A stretch of 64,000 nt of DNA from Neodothiora populina. Taxonomy: Eukaryota. The notes under the pieces are model-generated. The model did no database searches and was not told the origin of the DNA. It saw only the letters and a list, made by a program, of their open reading frames with translations. Below, in pieces: positions 23,980 through 35,500 of this stretch. Numbering within the stretch: position 1 is the first letter of the stretch; each line of letters opens with the position of its first letter. The DNA lies in NCBI RefSeq assembly GCF_041146345.1, contig NW_027191413.1:2108001-2172000 (forward strand), read 5' to 3'. Both the position numbers and the translations under genes were made by a program.

Positions 23980-25950
23980 TCAAATCATCTCCTCCATCCT
24001 GTGCAAGCCCGACTGTCTATACCACCTTCTTATCTTCTTTCCATAGATCCAAAGTGGTAGACTCAATATCACAGGCCCATAGACTACAGCGGTTTGGATC
24101 CCAAAGACCACGGTCCACCCTTTTGCTGCAGCAACGTCAAAGACCCAATAACTCAGACAAAACCCCAAAATGTTTTTGAGTAATGTGGCCACGACCATGA
24201 TCTCGCCACTGATGGGCTTGAAGCAGTCGATTGCGTATGAAAGGGCTATGGTGGGTAAAGAAGACACGGAGAGCCCGGAGAGAAAGTAGCATAGTATCAC
24301 GATGGCGGGCCACGGCCAGTGGTTTTGCAGAGCGAAACCACCTGCTACTGAGGTTATAAGGGACAGAGCTGCATAAGGCAGAAGGGCTGGGAGACGCATC
24401 TCTGCTTCGCGAATGCCTGAGTTGCGTGTCGTCGCGCGTTTAGCTATCCCTGTTTTCGAGCGTGATTTGTCAGTAGGCGAGGGAGAAAGAGATCACGTGA
24501 AATATGAGTATGTGCTGACACGATGTGTGAAGCAGGCATTACTAACAGTCAGAGAATGGACCAGCAGTGGCAACTCCGACAAGTCCGCCGACTGCACATC
24601 CGAAGTTCGTATATCCCACAGCACCGGCGCTGAAGTTGTATGGGGATGCACCGAGTATGCTCGACTCGGTCAGATTGTAGATAAGCAAAAGGTTCGCAGG
24701 ACCTGCTAGCATGAGACCCGCCCAGAAGATTATGGGATTGAAGAAGATAAGGAGCGGAGTGGTGACGTCTCGGACAATAAACTTCTTCCACGCTTTGTCT
24801 GGTCGTTGGTATGTGGCGAATTGTCGTCTGCTAGGTCGACCTTTACCGACGAAGATTGCAGTCGTGACCGAGTTTGATCGCTCTGGAGGCGGACTTTTGC
24901 TCATTTCAGTCACATCGTTCGACGATGCGACCTTCTCGGCCTGGCTCGTTGTTTGGATCTCTGGAGGCATATGTCCCTCGGTGCGGTGGAGTCGATGATA
25001 CTTTGTCTCTGGTTGTGAAATGATAACGAGGACGAGAGCGAGTACTGACAGTGCCGTCGAGAGCCAGAAGAAGCTACGCCAGCCGTGTCTGTACACCAAT
25101 TGTCAGACGAAGTGCCGGGCACGACACAAGGATACTAACCTTGCAGCTATGTTGCCGCTCATGATAGGTCCAAGAAATGCTCCCATGAAGTAGGTTGTGC
25201 TTCGAAAATGTCAGCAAAGTGTCGAAGTATTGCAGGCATGAAGTATTAAGCACACATACAAGTACACGCCCATCAGTGTTCCCCGCTCATTGAGAAAGCA
25301 CATGTCTGCAATAACCTGCACCATGATGGACTCGCTTGTAGCAGCGGCAATACCATTGCATGCTCTTGCAGCAAGTAAGCTCTTGTGTGTTGTAGCAAGG
25401 GCCTCCCAGACACAAGTCAGGACGAGCAGGACCCCAAAAAGGATACTGGTCAGTCTTCGGCCAAAGATGTTTGATATCGGTACGATGAAGATATTCGCAA
25501 CACCAAGAGTAACAACGTTGAGTCCAGTGAGCAGCGATAGTTGCTGGGTGTTCAGATGAAATTCGGCACCGAGGAAAGGAAAGACTGGAGCTAATGATAG
25601 TGCTGAGGATACTCCGACCCATACATAGATGAGCTGAGTGACGGCAACAATGGCTAAGTGATGTCCTTCAGTCTTGATATTGTAGAAGTTCAGAACAAGG
25701 GAAACATACTTTTCCACGTTACAGACCAGTTCAATGGGTCGTCCTTTGAGCTCGACGGGGTTGGGACGAGGCTATGAAGAACAAAAGTAAGCCAGTTTCA
25801 ACCTTTATATGCGTAGACGAGAACGTACACGGCGTGCGAGGTTCCCTGTATATCATCTCTCATCACCTCTGTTCCTGGAATCATTTCATCGTGGCTGATA
25901 TGATGAACTCCAGGCTCGAACATCGCAGCGATCATGGCATTTCCTGACAT
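23980..25950 (-). CDS. MFS transporter (DHA1/HOL1-like), multi-exon; start approximate
   Basis: IPGTEVM, LVPTPSSSKDDPLNWS, PISNIFGRR, GWRSFFW, PETKY and PEMRLP motifs, with hydrophobic helices spread across ORFs 25211..25717, 24542..25099 and 23980..24399. Confidence 0.85.
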
Positions 25951-26887
25951 GCTTGGCTTGATCATCAAAAGAGGCACCTGATGGTAGAAACGAAAGACTC
26001 GAAGGAAAAGAGCCCGGGAGGTACGAGGCACGAAGCAATATGTAAGCATCACGACATCGTCCAGGAGCTGAAAGGCATGGTTCGTCCCATCGGACAAGCC
26101 ATCGCTAGTACGCCCTTCACTGCCTAAATGATAAACAAAAGTCCGGGACACACGACGGAAAAGACAGTAAAAGCCCGTGAAGACTGGTCACTCGTCAGGT
26201 ACGACAACTCAACAAATATGCTTGGAGGATTTCCGTAGGCCTGTACGACTCGAAAAAGTGCTACAGCTAGACCGGGTCGACGGAAATCGTTGCGATCCTT
26301 CAGCGAGTTGATTGACGTGTTGTTGGTGAGCATACGCGTTCACTGTCTGCACTTTGAGGATAAGATCTTGCCTGCATTGTGAATGCTGTCTTTAGTTACA
26401 CCTGCATATCTTCATTGCTGGAAGATGTAATAGAGCTCAGGGGTAAGCCTGGTCACAAATGTTCGTGGCAGCGGATATTGTCCGGCTCGATGCTTCAGGA
26501 GCCATAAATAAAGCTGGACAGCAGTTCGTCGACAGCTCATGCCGAATCGGATCTCATTACGTGCGTCTGGAGGCAACAGACGCAAGGCTGACCAATGTTG
26601 TTTTCGTGCCGGAGAAGTGTATACTCTACACAGGTGAGAGCTGCGTTTCATGTTCACCCGCATTTGCGATAAACATCAATTCGCTACCGGGATTTGACTG
26701 GACCACTATTGTCTGCTAAGTCTTGATTGATGGAACTTTCGCTATTTTAATATACAGTAGGTTCTTGTGCTGCTCTATATGTGTGATGTTTGTACAAAGA
26801 TCTAACGATGAAAACCGTATATGCCGTTGCCAACTTTGGAGCGGTCTTCGAATACTTGGACCAAAATCGTGCGACCTTCTCGCGACA

Positions 26888-28269
26888 TTAATGACTCGGT
26901 TTTGTGTTCATCCACGACTCAATCCTTTGCAAGTCTGAGTCAGCTGTGGTTCCACTCGCTCCACCTGTCTTGAGGATGACTGCGGCAGAATCAATAAGCA
27001 TATCGCGATCAACTGCCTTGCACATATCGAACACGGTGAGTGCAGCGACAGATACGGCTGTCAGAGCCTCCATTTCCACCCCGGTTGGACCAAAGCAATC
27101 AACCTTGGCCTCTATCACCACACCTCCACCTGCGCGTTTCTTACTTGATCTGACCCATGTGATACGCTCTTGTGGTTCCACCATGTAGAACTTGATGCCA
27201 ACTTTGCTTAACGCCAGAGGATGGCACAGTGGTATGAGGTCCGAGCAACGCTTTGCTGCCATGATACCAGCAACCCTCGCTACACCAAGAACATCACCTT
27301 TCTTGATGCTGTTCTCTTTGATCAATTCAAGTGTTTCAGGATTGGAGAAACGTATGAAGTTGAGTGCTGTAGCGGATCGGTGCGTTGAGGGTTTACGCGA
27401 GACATCGACCATTTGTGCTTCACCAGTCGAAGTGACGTGAGTCAAGGTTGGAGAGCCAGATCGTTTTGAAGTAACGGGAAGAGGCAGCGGGTCGTTTGAC
27501 ACAGCTCCGAGATTTGCCGTTGCATTTGGATCGAGTATTGAGGAAGGCGATGTTGCTGCATCGCGCGGAAGCTCCCAAGGAGCACGAAGAGAATTTCCGT
27601 CATCACTGCCCATTGCCTTTCGAGAGCCCTTATGTGAGTGTTGAAAGTGAGTCGGTCGATAAACCTGATACTCTGATTTTTCAGAAGGAGCTAGCGTGGT
27701 GTTACTCGGATTCGCTCCTCCCTCGCGACTTGCCGAATTCGATTGATGTTCTGATACTGGTTTCGTCGCTTTGTCTTGCAGTGAAGCTCTTCTATCATTT
27801 GACGTGTTTGCTCGCAAGTTCGAACGTCTTTCGCTTTCTAGAGTCAACGCCTCTCGATCTGACGAGGGAGACTTGGTGGGACTGGACTCTGGTTCGGCTT
27901 CACTTCTGGTCCCGGTCGAAAGCAACGGACTATCTGCAGCATGCATCCGCTCAGGAAACAAGGCACCTAAGCTTTGAAATGCTGGGACTGCTCCATCCTT
28001 GACGTCGACCATCAATTCCGCCTCAGCATCGGCATTGTAGTTCTTTTCATCATGAACCTCATGAGTCGACGTTTCCTCCGCATTGGAGACTTGCGCCTCC
28101 CGTCGACTTGCTGAACTTGTTGAATATAAACGCGCATGCGACGTGTTAGAAACATTTGAGTGCAGCAAGTGCAGCGGTATCTGAGACCATGAGTTCGCAG
28201 ACAAGACTGGCGACCTGGCCATGCGCTTAACACGCGAGACCTCCATGTGTCCCGTCTCTTTTCTTTCAG
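26888..28269 (-). CDS. cnxABC: Linker + MoaC/MOCS1B cPMP synthase exon (fused to MoaA via alternative donor)
   Basis: LTHV...AQMVDVS.K, KKGDVLGVARVAGIMAAK, LIPLCHP, TGVEMEALTAVS, DMCKAVD and KTGG motifs. Branch point TACTAAT and acceptor TAG ending at 28270. Confidence 0.92.
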
Positions 28270-28367
28270 CTATCACAATCATTAGTACCATCTTGATCAA
28301 GCGCGTCTCGGCCAGAAGCACGCCCTAAAGCCATCGTCTGACCCAACAGGACCAGCGAGAAGTGGAC

Positions 28368-29741
28368 CTACCCACCAATCAAAATCATCGGTCGATTCTT
28401 CATGTTTTCGAGCTCGCCGATTCCTGCGTGCTTCTCTTTCTTTCGCTTGACTGCCATGCCGATGACGTCGAGAAGTTCGGCCTCGCGGTCAATCCACTGC
28501 GGCCCCGTTGCCTCAACAAGACCTTGTCGGCGGTTCATTTCGAGCTCCTTGATCGCCTCGAAGGCTGCTTGGTCGATCGGCTGATTGTTGTTGTCCTTTC
28601 GCATGAGATCTCGTAGTGAAACCTCAGCATTGCCGAACAGGCAGACCTTGAGATTGCCGTCACCGGTGATGCGCAAACGATTGCAGCTGCCACAGAAGTT
28701 GTGAGTCATACTGGTGATGAAACCAAGTTTTCCAACAAAGCCAGGGACCTCATAAGTCTTGCTGGTGTCGTTGAAATGGCCTTCCACCTTTCGCAGACCA
28801 GGATACTTTCCTCGAATCATGTCCAACATCTCGCCATAGGGCAGCATCTTGCGCTCGCTCCATTTGTTTCCGTCAAAGGGCATATACTCGATGAAACGGA
28901 CCTCGATATCCTTCTCGCGACCCATCTCGACGAAGGGAATGATCTCTCGATCATTGATGCCTCGCATCACTACACAGTTGACCTTCAATTTGATGCCAGC
29001 TCCCAGACGATTCGTCTCGAGAACACGGTCTATGCTCCTCATGACAGCTTCGAAGCCCTTGCGTCGGGTCAAGATCTGGAATTGGAAAGGATCCAGTGTG
29101 TCCAAGCTGATATTGAGACCTGTCAGTCCTGCTTCCACCATCTTGTCGAGTTTCCTGTGCAGACTGATGCCGTTCGTGGTAAGAGCAAGCTCTCGCAGGC
29201 CCTTGCTTCGAAGGCTACCAATCTGCTGCATCAGAGGCACAATATCCGGTCGAACCGTCGGTTCGCCACCAGTGAGTCGGATTTTAGTAACGCCCTGCGA
29301 GACAAACAAGGATGAGAGATAGAATATCTCGGGTGTTGTCAGAAGATGTGCCTGAGGAGATAGCGGAACTCCCTCTGCGATATCGTCAAGTCAGTCACAC
29401 AGAAGACTCAAAGTATTAACTCGAAAATGTGGCAGTTCAAACATACCTTCGGGCATGCAGTATAGACATCGTAGATTGCAGCGCTCAGTCACGCTGATAC
29501 GAAGGTAATCGTGCTGGCGATTGAACGTGTCGGTCAAAAAGTCGGAGAAAGGCTTCGCATCCCTTATCGCACGCCTGCGCTCAGTGTTGACAGGCAAGGG
29601 GTGAGAGGGAAAAGGAGCGGTGGGTTCTTGATGTTGCACAGTAGACGCAGCTGCAGAAACAAGTCGTCGCACCGTCTGCCGCCGCCGCAACGACGGCAGC
29701 GCGCGTAGAATGCCACGACCGGACGAGTAACGCTGCATCAT
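28368..29741 (-). CDS. cnxABC: MoaA/MOCS1A radical-SAM GTP 3',8-cyclase (molybdenum cofactor step 1); intron 29446-29375
   Basis: [19 protein letters not shown] (CX3CX2C), [19 protein letters not shown] and C-terminal RPMILIGG*. The Arg-rich N-terminus resembles a mitochondrial presequence. Confidence 0.95.
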
Positions 29742-30153
29742 TGGACGTGTGCGTGACTGAACATGTTTTCCTCACTCGATCTCTTTGAAGTTCAGCACGG
29801 AAACAGCGCAGGATGGGGGATCACAGACGGGTCATCCAAAGGATCATGTACATCCACAGATCTCTGCTGGTACGTAAATCTGACTCCACAAAAAGTAAAC
29901 CGCCCGCCAGCGAATGCGGAGATATCGGGCAAAGGCCCCCTGCCGTCTTTCACGTAAGCGTTGGCGATAAGTCTCGCCTGCGCGGCCACGATTTGGAACT
30001 ATCTATCGTGTATGTAGAAAGCGGAGCTCCCCGAACTCTCCAGCAGGCTTTCTTTCTTCTGCCTCTCCGGAGGTCTACAGAGAGGCTTATGCGGCAGCAG
30101 GATGATACATATCTTCGTGGCAATCTAACATACAGCATATTACAGTACACATA

Positions 30154-32826
30154 CTATCGATACACGTTGATCCCAAGATCATCCAGCACCCCCAAGTCGG
30201 CAGCCAATTGCCAGAAATCGGTTTGCCCCTTGACTCCCCTTAAGCCTGTGCTCAAAAGTCCTTCTTGTCTATGGCAGTCAAGCACGACTTGTTTCAATCT
30301 GTCCCATTCCTCGTTGTCGGCGAGACACTTGATCACGGCCGCCATAGCCAGCCAACCTGGTCTCTTGCCCTCTTTGCTCATCCGTGTGAGGAAAGCCATG
30401 GTCTGACCCACGTTTCCATGCCTGGCGTACGCCTCGACCATCCTGTCGTAGAAAATGACATCTAGGACCGCGCCGTAGTTGTGGTTGCGGCTTCGGATCT
30501 GGTTCCACAGAGCGTCCGCTGCTTGGAAGTCCGGAGGATCGGAATCAAAGTAATATGTCATGAGGATGGTGTATATATGCGTCGTCGGCTCGACATTTGA
30601 CCTCGCCATGTGCGCGAGGACTGCCTGAACTGCTTTCAGATTGCCATACTCCTTGAGCAGTCGATCGACAAGGAGCCCGTAGCCTTTCTCGTCGATCGCC
30701 ATACCTGCTGATTCGAGTGACGCGATATATTGCATGACTGTCTCTTCTTGTTCAGCACGGCTGAGGCCCTTCAGCATAGACGAGTAGAACATAGAATTCA
30801 GTAAAATGGTAAAGGTGTTTGAGTCGGGTTGCACGTTCGCTGCAGCCATGCTGTTCAGGAGCTGATGCGCCTCCTCGGGCCGCTCCTGAGCCAAGTAGAT
30901 GTTGATCAGTGTGTTGAATGTGATGATGTTTGGCTGGATGTCGAAGGTCTTGCTCCAAGCGAGCACGTCTGGAATGTGCTTGCTAAACTTGTTCCCAAGA
31001 GCACTGAGTGCTGAATTCAGGATTGCAGTGTCTGGTTTCGGGATCCCATCGATGACCTCCTCTCTCGAATTGTTACCGACGGCTGAGCTAGATTCATTCT
31101 TCGCAGATCGGCCACGTCGCTTCTGCGCATCAATCCACTCTCGACCCATCTCTTCTAGTGCTCGCAGCCCTTCCTGCACCAAGCGCGTTTTCAGTAGTCC
31201 ATGAATCCTTGTACCCCAGGCCAATCCATCAGGCTGTACTCCAGATTGACGCATACGATGCCATAGTGATTCCATAATATGGGTATCGCGAGAGTACTGG
31301 CAGCCCTTCATCATGATCGACCACGTGTGGACGGACGGCTCGATGTTCGACTTGATCATCGTGTTCCAGATATTCAGTGCCGATTGCGGACGCTTCAGCT
31401 TGAAGAAGGCGATGAGAAATTGCTGATAGAGCTTGGTGACAGCATCCTTAGATGTTGCATCAACTTGTGAACGGCAGAATGGTTGAGCCTTCTTCCAGAT
31501 CTTCTCCAACGAATCCAGATCCTGCCTTTCACTTGCGCGACCGATACCTCGTATGAGCTGCTGGGACGTATGCTCGGAATCATTCGAGTGAGACGGATCC
31601 TGATGCACCTCGTTGTTGGCTTCCTGGCGTACATGGTGTCCGAGTCGTGTCACAAGCCCCTGTACCTCCTCGCTGCCCAGTCCGAACTCCTGCAATCTCT
31701 GCGATAGTGCAGACACTCTAGCCGGATCCATAGTGGTATGTTTGAACAATTCGTCGATAGACTTAATGAATCCAGTATATGGCTCCGTGCTCGATGAGGG
31801 GACATCGCATTTCGGCAGCACATAATTAAGCAGATCATAGGTGACGAGTGCCGACGCAGCCAAATGATTGAAGCGGCCTTTCTCTGCCATCGTCCCGGAT
31901 CGTAGTCCTGACGTCGCGACTGGCACCAGAAGGGCGAAATTATGGTCGAAGCGCTTATCTTGGTGGGTTGCCCGTCGATGAACCAGAAGATCATGTGGAA
32001 TGAATGACCAGGGCGACGGATGGGAATCCGCATCTGGCTTCTGGTCCTGCTCCTTCTCAGCAAGTGCATCGCGCTGCAAACACAGCCTCCATAAATCCAT
32101 ATGCTCTTTCACTCCACGTGAATACTCCTCGGGGTCGAAAGTGGAAGTTACACCAGCTTTTAACAGGGCGGTCGACATGGATGCTAGAGTCCTCATATAT
32201 GTTGCTGGAGTCGCAATACCGACTTGTTCGAACCTCTTTACCACGTCTGACGGAGATGGCAATTGAAGCAGATCAGAGTCAGCACCATTGAGGCGAGAGT
32301 TCCATGCGGTCACAAGTCTCGCCAGCAAGAAGGCAAAGACATTGCCACTGCGCACTTTAGCAACATCTCGGAAGGACGGTCTAGCAAGGGCCGGGCTATC
32401 TTTGCTGCTGTAGTGTTCACAGAAGAAGTCCCATGCCTCAAGGAGCTGAGAGTTCCTGACCAATATCTCTAGCTCTGCCGTATATGATCTTTGCGATTGT
32501 GATGTTCGATTAGTTTCAGTACTGGTTGTAACAGGACGAGGACCAGAGTCTACTGCCCGCGGTTGACGAGAGTAGCGGCCAATAGTCTTGGGGCTCGATG
32601 CTGCGTTGGCAATGTATGAGGTGAAGTCGTCGTTCGGCGCACTATCACGTGGTGTTGTTGCATATCGTGGACGTCGTACCGTCCTCGGTACAGGAGGTGA
32701 ATCGGATAGGATGTCTTCGATTACTTGCGAGGACGCCCACGCGACCTGTCTCTTACTCGCTGCACATTGCACAGACTGGCGCATCATTCGGTGGTAGCAT
32801 GCCGAGCACACATACGGTACTGTCAT
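30154..32826 (-). CDS. Mitochondrial pentatricopeptide-repeat (PPR) protein
   Basis: Repeated ~35-aa units (PSVHTWSIMMKG, QPNIITFNTLINIY, QPDSNTFTILL, EPTTHIYTILM, DVIFYDRMVEAY). N-terminus from ATG 32826 resembles a presequence. Confidence 0.85.
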   Translation of the reverse strand: MTVPYVCSACYHRMMRQSVQCAASKRQVAWASSQVIEDILSDSPPVPRTVRRPRYATTPRDSAPNDDFTSYIANAASSPKTIGRYSRQPRAVDSGPRPVTTSTETNRTSQSQRSYTAELEILVRNSQLLEAWDFFCEHYSSKDSPALARPSFRDVAKVRSGNVFAFLLARLVTAWNSRLNGADSDLLQLPSPSDVVKRFEQVGIATPATYMRTLASMSTALLKAGVTSTFDPEEYSRGVKEHMDLWRLCLQRDALAEKEQDQKPDADSHPSPWSFIPHDLLVHRRATHQDKRFDHNFALLVPVATSGLRSGTMAEKGRFNHLAASALVTYDLLNYVLPKCDVPSSSTEPYTGFIKSIDELFKHTTMDPARVSALSQRLQEFGLGSEEVQGLVTRLGHHVRQEANNEVHQDPSHSNDSEHTSQQLIRGIGRASERQDLDSLEKIWKKAQPFCRSQVDATSKDAVTKLYQQFLIAFFKLKRPQSALNIWNTMIKSNIEPSVHTWSIMMKGCQYSRDTHIMESLWHRMRQSGVQPDGLAWGTRIHGLLKTRLVQEGLRALEEMGREWIDAQKRRGRSAKNESSSAVGNNSREEVIDGIPKPDTAILNSALSALGNKFSKHIPDVLAWSKTFDIQPNIITFNTLINIYLAQERPEEAHQLLNSMAAANVQPDSNTFTILLNSMFYSSMLKGLSRAEQEETVMQYIASLESAGMAIDEKGYGLLVDRLLKEYGNLKAVQAVLAHMARSNVEPTTHIYTILMTYYFDSDPPDFQAADALWNQIRSRNHNYGAVLDVIFYDRMVEAYARHGNVGQTMAFLTRMSKEGKRPGWLAMAAVIKCLADNEEWDRLKQVVLDCHRQEGLLSTGLRGVKGQTDFWQLAADLGVLDDLGINVYR

Positions 32827-33313
32827 GCCCTGCTGTTGCAATCTTTTATCCTCACCGAACACACCAATATACTGAGAGTTGAGCTCAAGCTAAGGAGAGG
32901 AAATCTCGGATCACACAGATAGCTAATCTCAACCAAGCGTCGGAGACTTGTGTTAGTAAACTACATGGAAATCCACAGATTATGTGTTACAGTAAAGCTA
33001 AATCTGCTATACAGCAGAACACCCAGGTGGAGGCCAAGCCAGAAGCCTTACGATACCGTACCGAGCGTACTTTACAGTACTTGTACCTTACTGTGTGACC
33101 TTATGCAAACCCTCGGCTTCGGGCCGAGCTTTTGAGTAACGCCCCGGCTTAAACCACATGCACGTGTTTCACAAACAACCATTCAACACATCATCCCCTG
33201 TCGTTTACCTGATCTTGGACTAAGGTATCCTTCATTCTGTTTCAAGACTCCTCTTCTGAACTCTCTTCACTTTATCAAGTTCAAGTAGGGACTTTCATCT
33301 TCTGCTCGCCATC

Positions 33314-35294
33314 ATGACAACATTATCCCCCCGTAGTGCTTACACTCAAGATGAACTAAAACAACTATACCCCGAGACGTTGGCCCTGCAGCAAGTGCAG
33401 ATCGTAAGTCCACACCATTCAATTGTATACCTTACCTATCATCTCGAATGATTCACTGACGTCTGAGTAGCTCTTGCGTCATGGTAAATCCCTCCTCCAC
33501 GTCTTTCTAGGCTCCATGACTAATGAATGCCAGGCGAACGTACCCCCGTGACGCCCAGGTTTAAGAACGTGAGTCCATAACGTCAAGGACTCTTGCCTTC
33601 CATTTTGACTGATCACCACTAGGCTGGACTTCCCGCATGTATGAAACTCACATCCTATACATTTGTGTCAGGGTTACTTACATCCACCAGATTGGCCGTA
33701 TTGCGATGCTGCTCGACACCTCAAGAGTGTCATCAAAGCAAGCGATGAATCTTGGGATGATCTCGCTTATCGCAGAAAGCTGGAGACGTTCGATAGCGTA
33801 GACGATAGTCCAACCCTCGCTTCAGGTAAATTACTCGACTCTACTGTAAATGCTCTTTGTGCCTCATATTGAACCAATCCCAGGACCAGCGCAAGAAACC
33901 AATAACATCTGGTATGTGATTCATTGGCCACGACTTATGCTTCTGTATGCCTAACGTACCTTTTGCAGTCTTCCTGGCGAGCTTACTGACCTTGGTCGGG
34001 ACACAACACTGGCCCTTGGCAAAAGGCTCCGTCATCTATATGTTAACCAACTAAAATTCATGCCTGGCGTTCTCGATACCACCGAGAACATTTATCTCAG
34101 GGCCACACCTATTCCCAGAGCGCTCGAGAGTGTGCAGCAGACCTTCTACGGAATGTACCCGCCCACAGCTCGCTCGCCAGGTTTCGAGACTCCCACTATC
34201 GTCAGTCGTCAACCGAACGACGAGACTCTTTTCCCCAACGAAAGTGGCTGCCGACGTTTCGCCCAATTGTCGCAGGTAGGGTGTATTCTCACTTTGCACG
34301 TATAGCAATTCTGACAATGCTCTCAGGCCTTTGCGCAACGAACGGCAGATCGTTGGAACGATAGCTCTGATATGGCCTACCTGACCAATCTCATTGGCAA
34401 GTGGATGCCTGAAGAATCCAGAACTGTCAAGGTTGACAGCCATCCAAGACTTTCCGGTACGTTTGCTGTCACAAATCATTGGCTAGGATATTCATAACAT
34501 GATGACAGGTATTATGGACACCGTGAATTCCACCTTGGCACATGGCAAACCGACAAAGTTGCCCAAGGAGTTCTACGATGCCAAAGGACGGGCAATCATC
34601 GACAAGATTGGTGTCGAGGAGTGGTGCGTCTGATTCCCCAGGTTGTGACGGCTCACAGGCTAACACTCGTCGCAGGTTCTCTGGCTACACAGAGTCCAAG
34701 GAGTACCGCATGCTGGGCATCGGTGGACTAGCAGGCGACATCGTTTCTCGCATGATCGAGAAATCTCGCGAACCGCTTGCTGTGCCCTCCAGTGGCAGTC
34801 CACAGGACGTCAAGTTTGCACTTTCTGGATGTCACGACACAACACTTGCAGCGCTCTTGTCTAGTCTGGGTGCGTTCCCTGGTGAGCCCTGGCCACCTTA
34901 CACTTCCCACATTGCGATTGAACTGTTCAAGAAGCGTGAGCCCTCGACTTCCCAAGTGCCGGCCATGTCCACCAAGGCCGGCTGGTGGTCCAGTATCTTC
35001 GGCTCGGCAAAAGCCTCTGCCTCTTCGCCGCGTACCCCAATAACAGAATACACCGAAGCAGACAAGCAGAACCTAGATGGATGGTATGTTCGTTTACGCT
35101 ACAACGACCGTGTCATGTCTGTTCCTGGATGTCGCCCGGTCGGAAAACATTACGGTGACGACGAGAGCCTGTGTACGCTCACGGCATTCAAGACCATCGT
35201 CGACAAGTTCACACCTCCGAATTGGAAGAAGGCATGCGGTGCCCGTTTGGGCCAGGACGCCTTCCCTGAAAGCGTCGAGCCTGCGGGTATCTAA
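33314..35294 (+). CDS. Histidine acid phosphatase (branch 2; ACP6-like), ~9 exons including micro-exons
   Basis: Splicing reconstructs LQQVQILLRHGERTP, GELTDLG, RALES and SGCHDTTL. Confidence 0.88.
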
Positions 35295-35500
35295 AGGTTT
35301 TGCGAAGATTGGTTGCTCATGGAAGACGCTCAAACTACTTGCAGAGCTGTGTTAGGATAGACTGGGGTTCTTTCTGAGATAGACCATAACCACCATACTG
35401 AGATGTACCATTCATGTGCGAAACAAAGTAAAGCCCCATGCCAGTTCTTGAGCATCCATCCGTGTCCTCGACATACAGCTGACCTAGTTCTCGAGGCATC

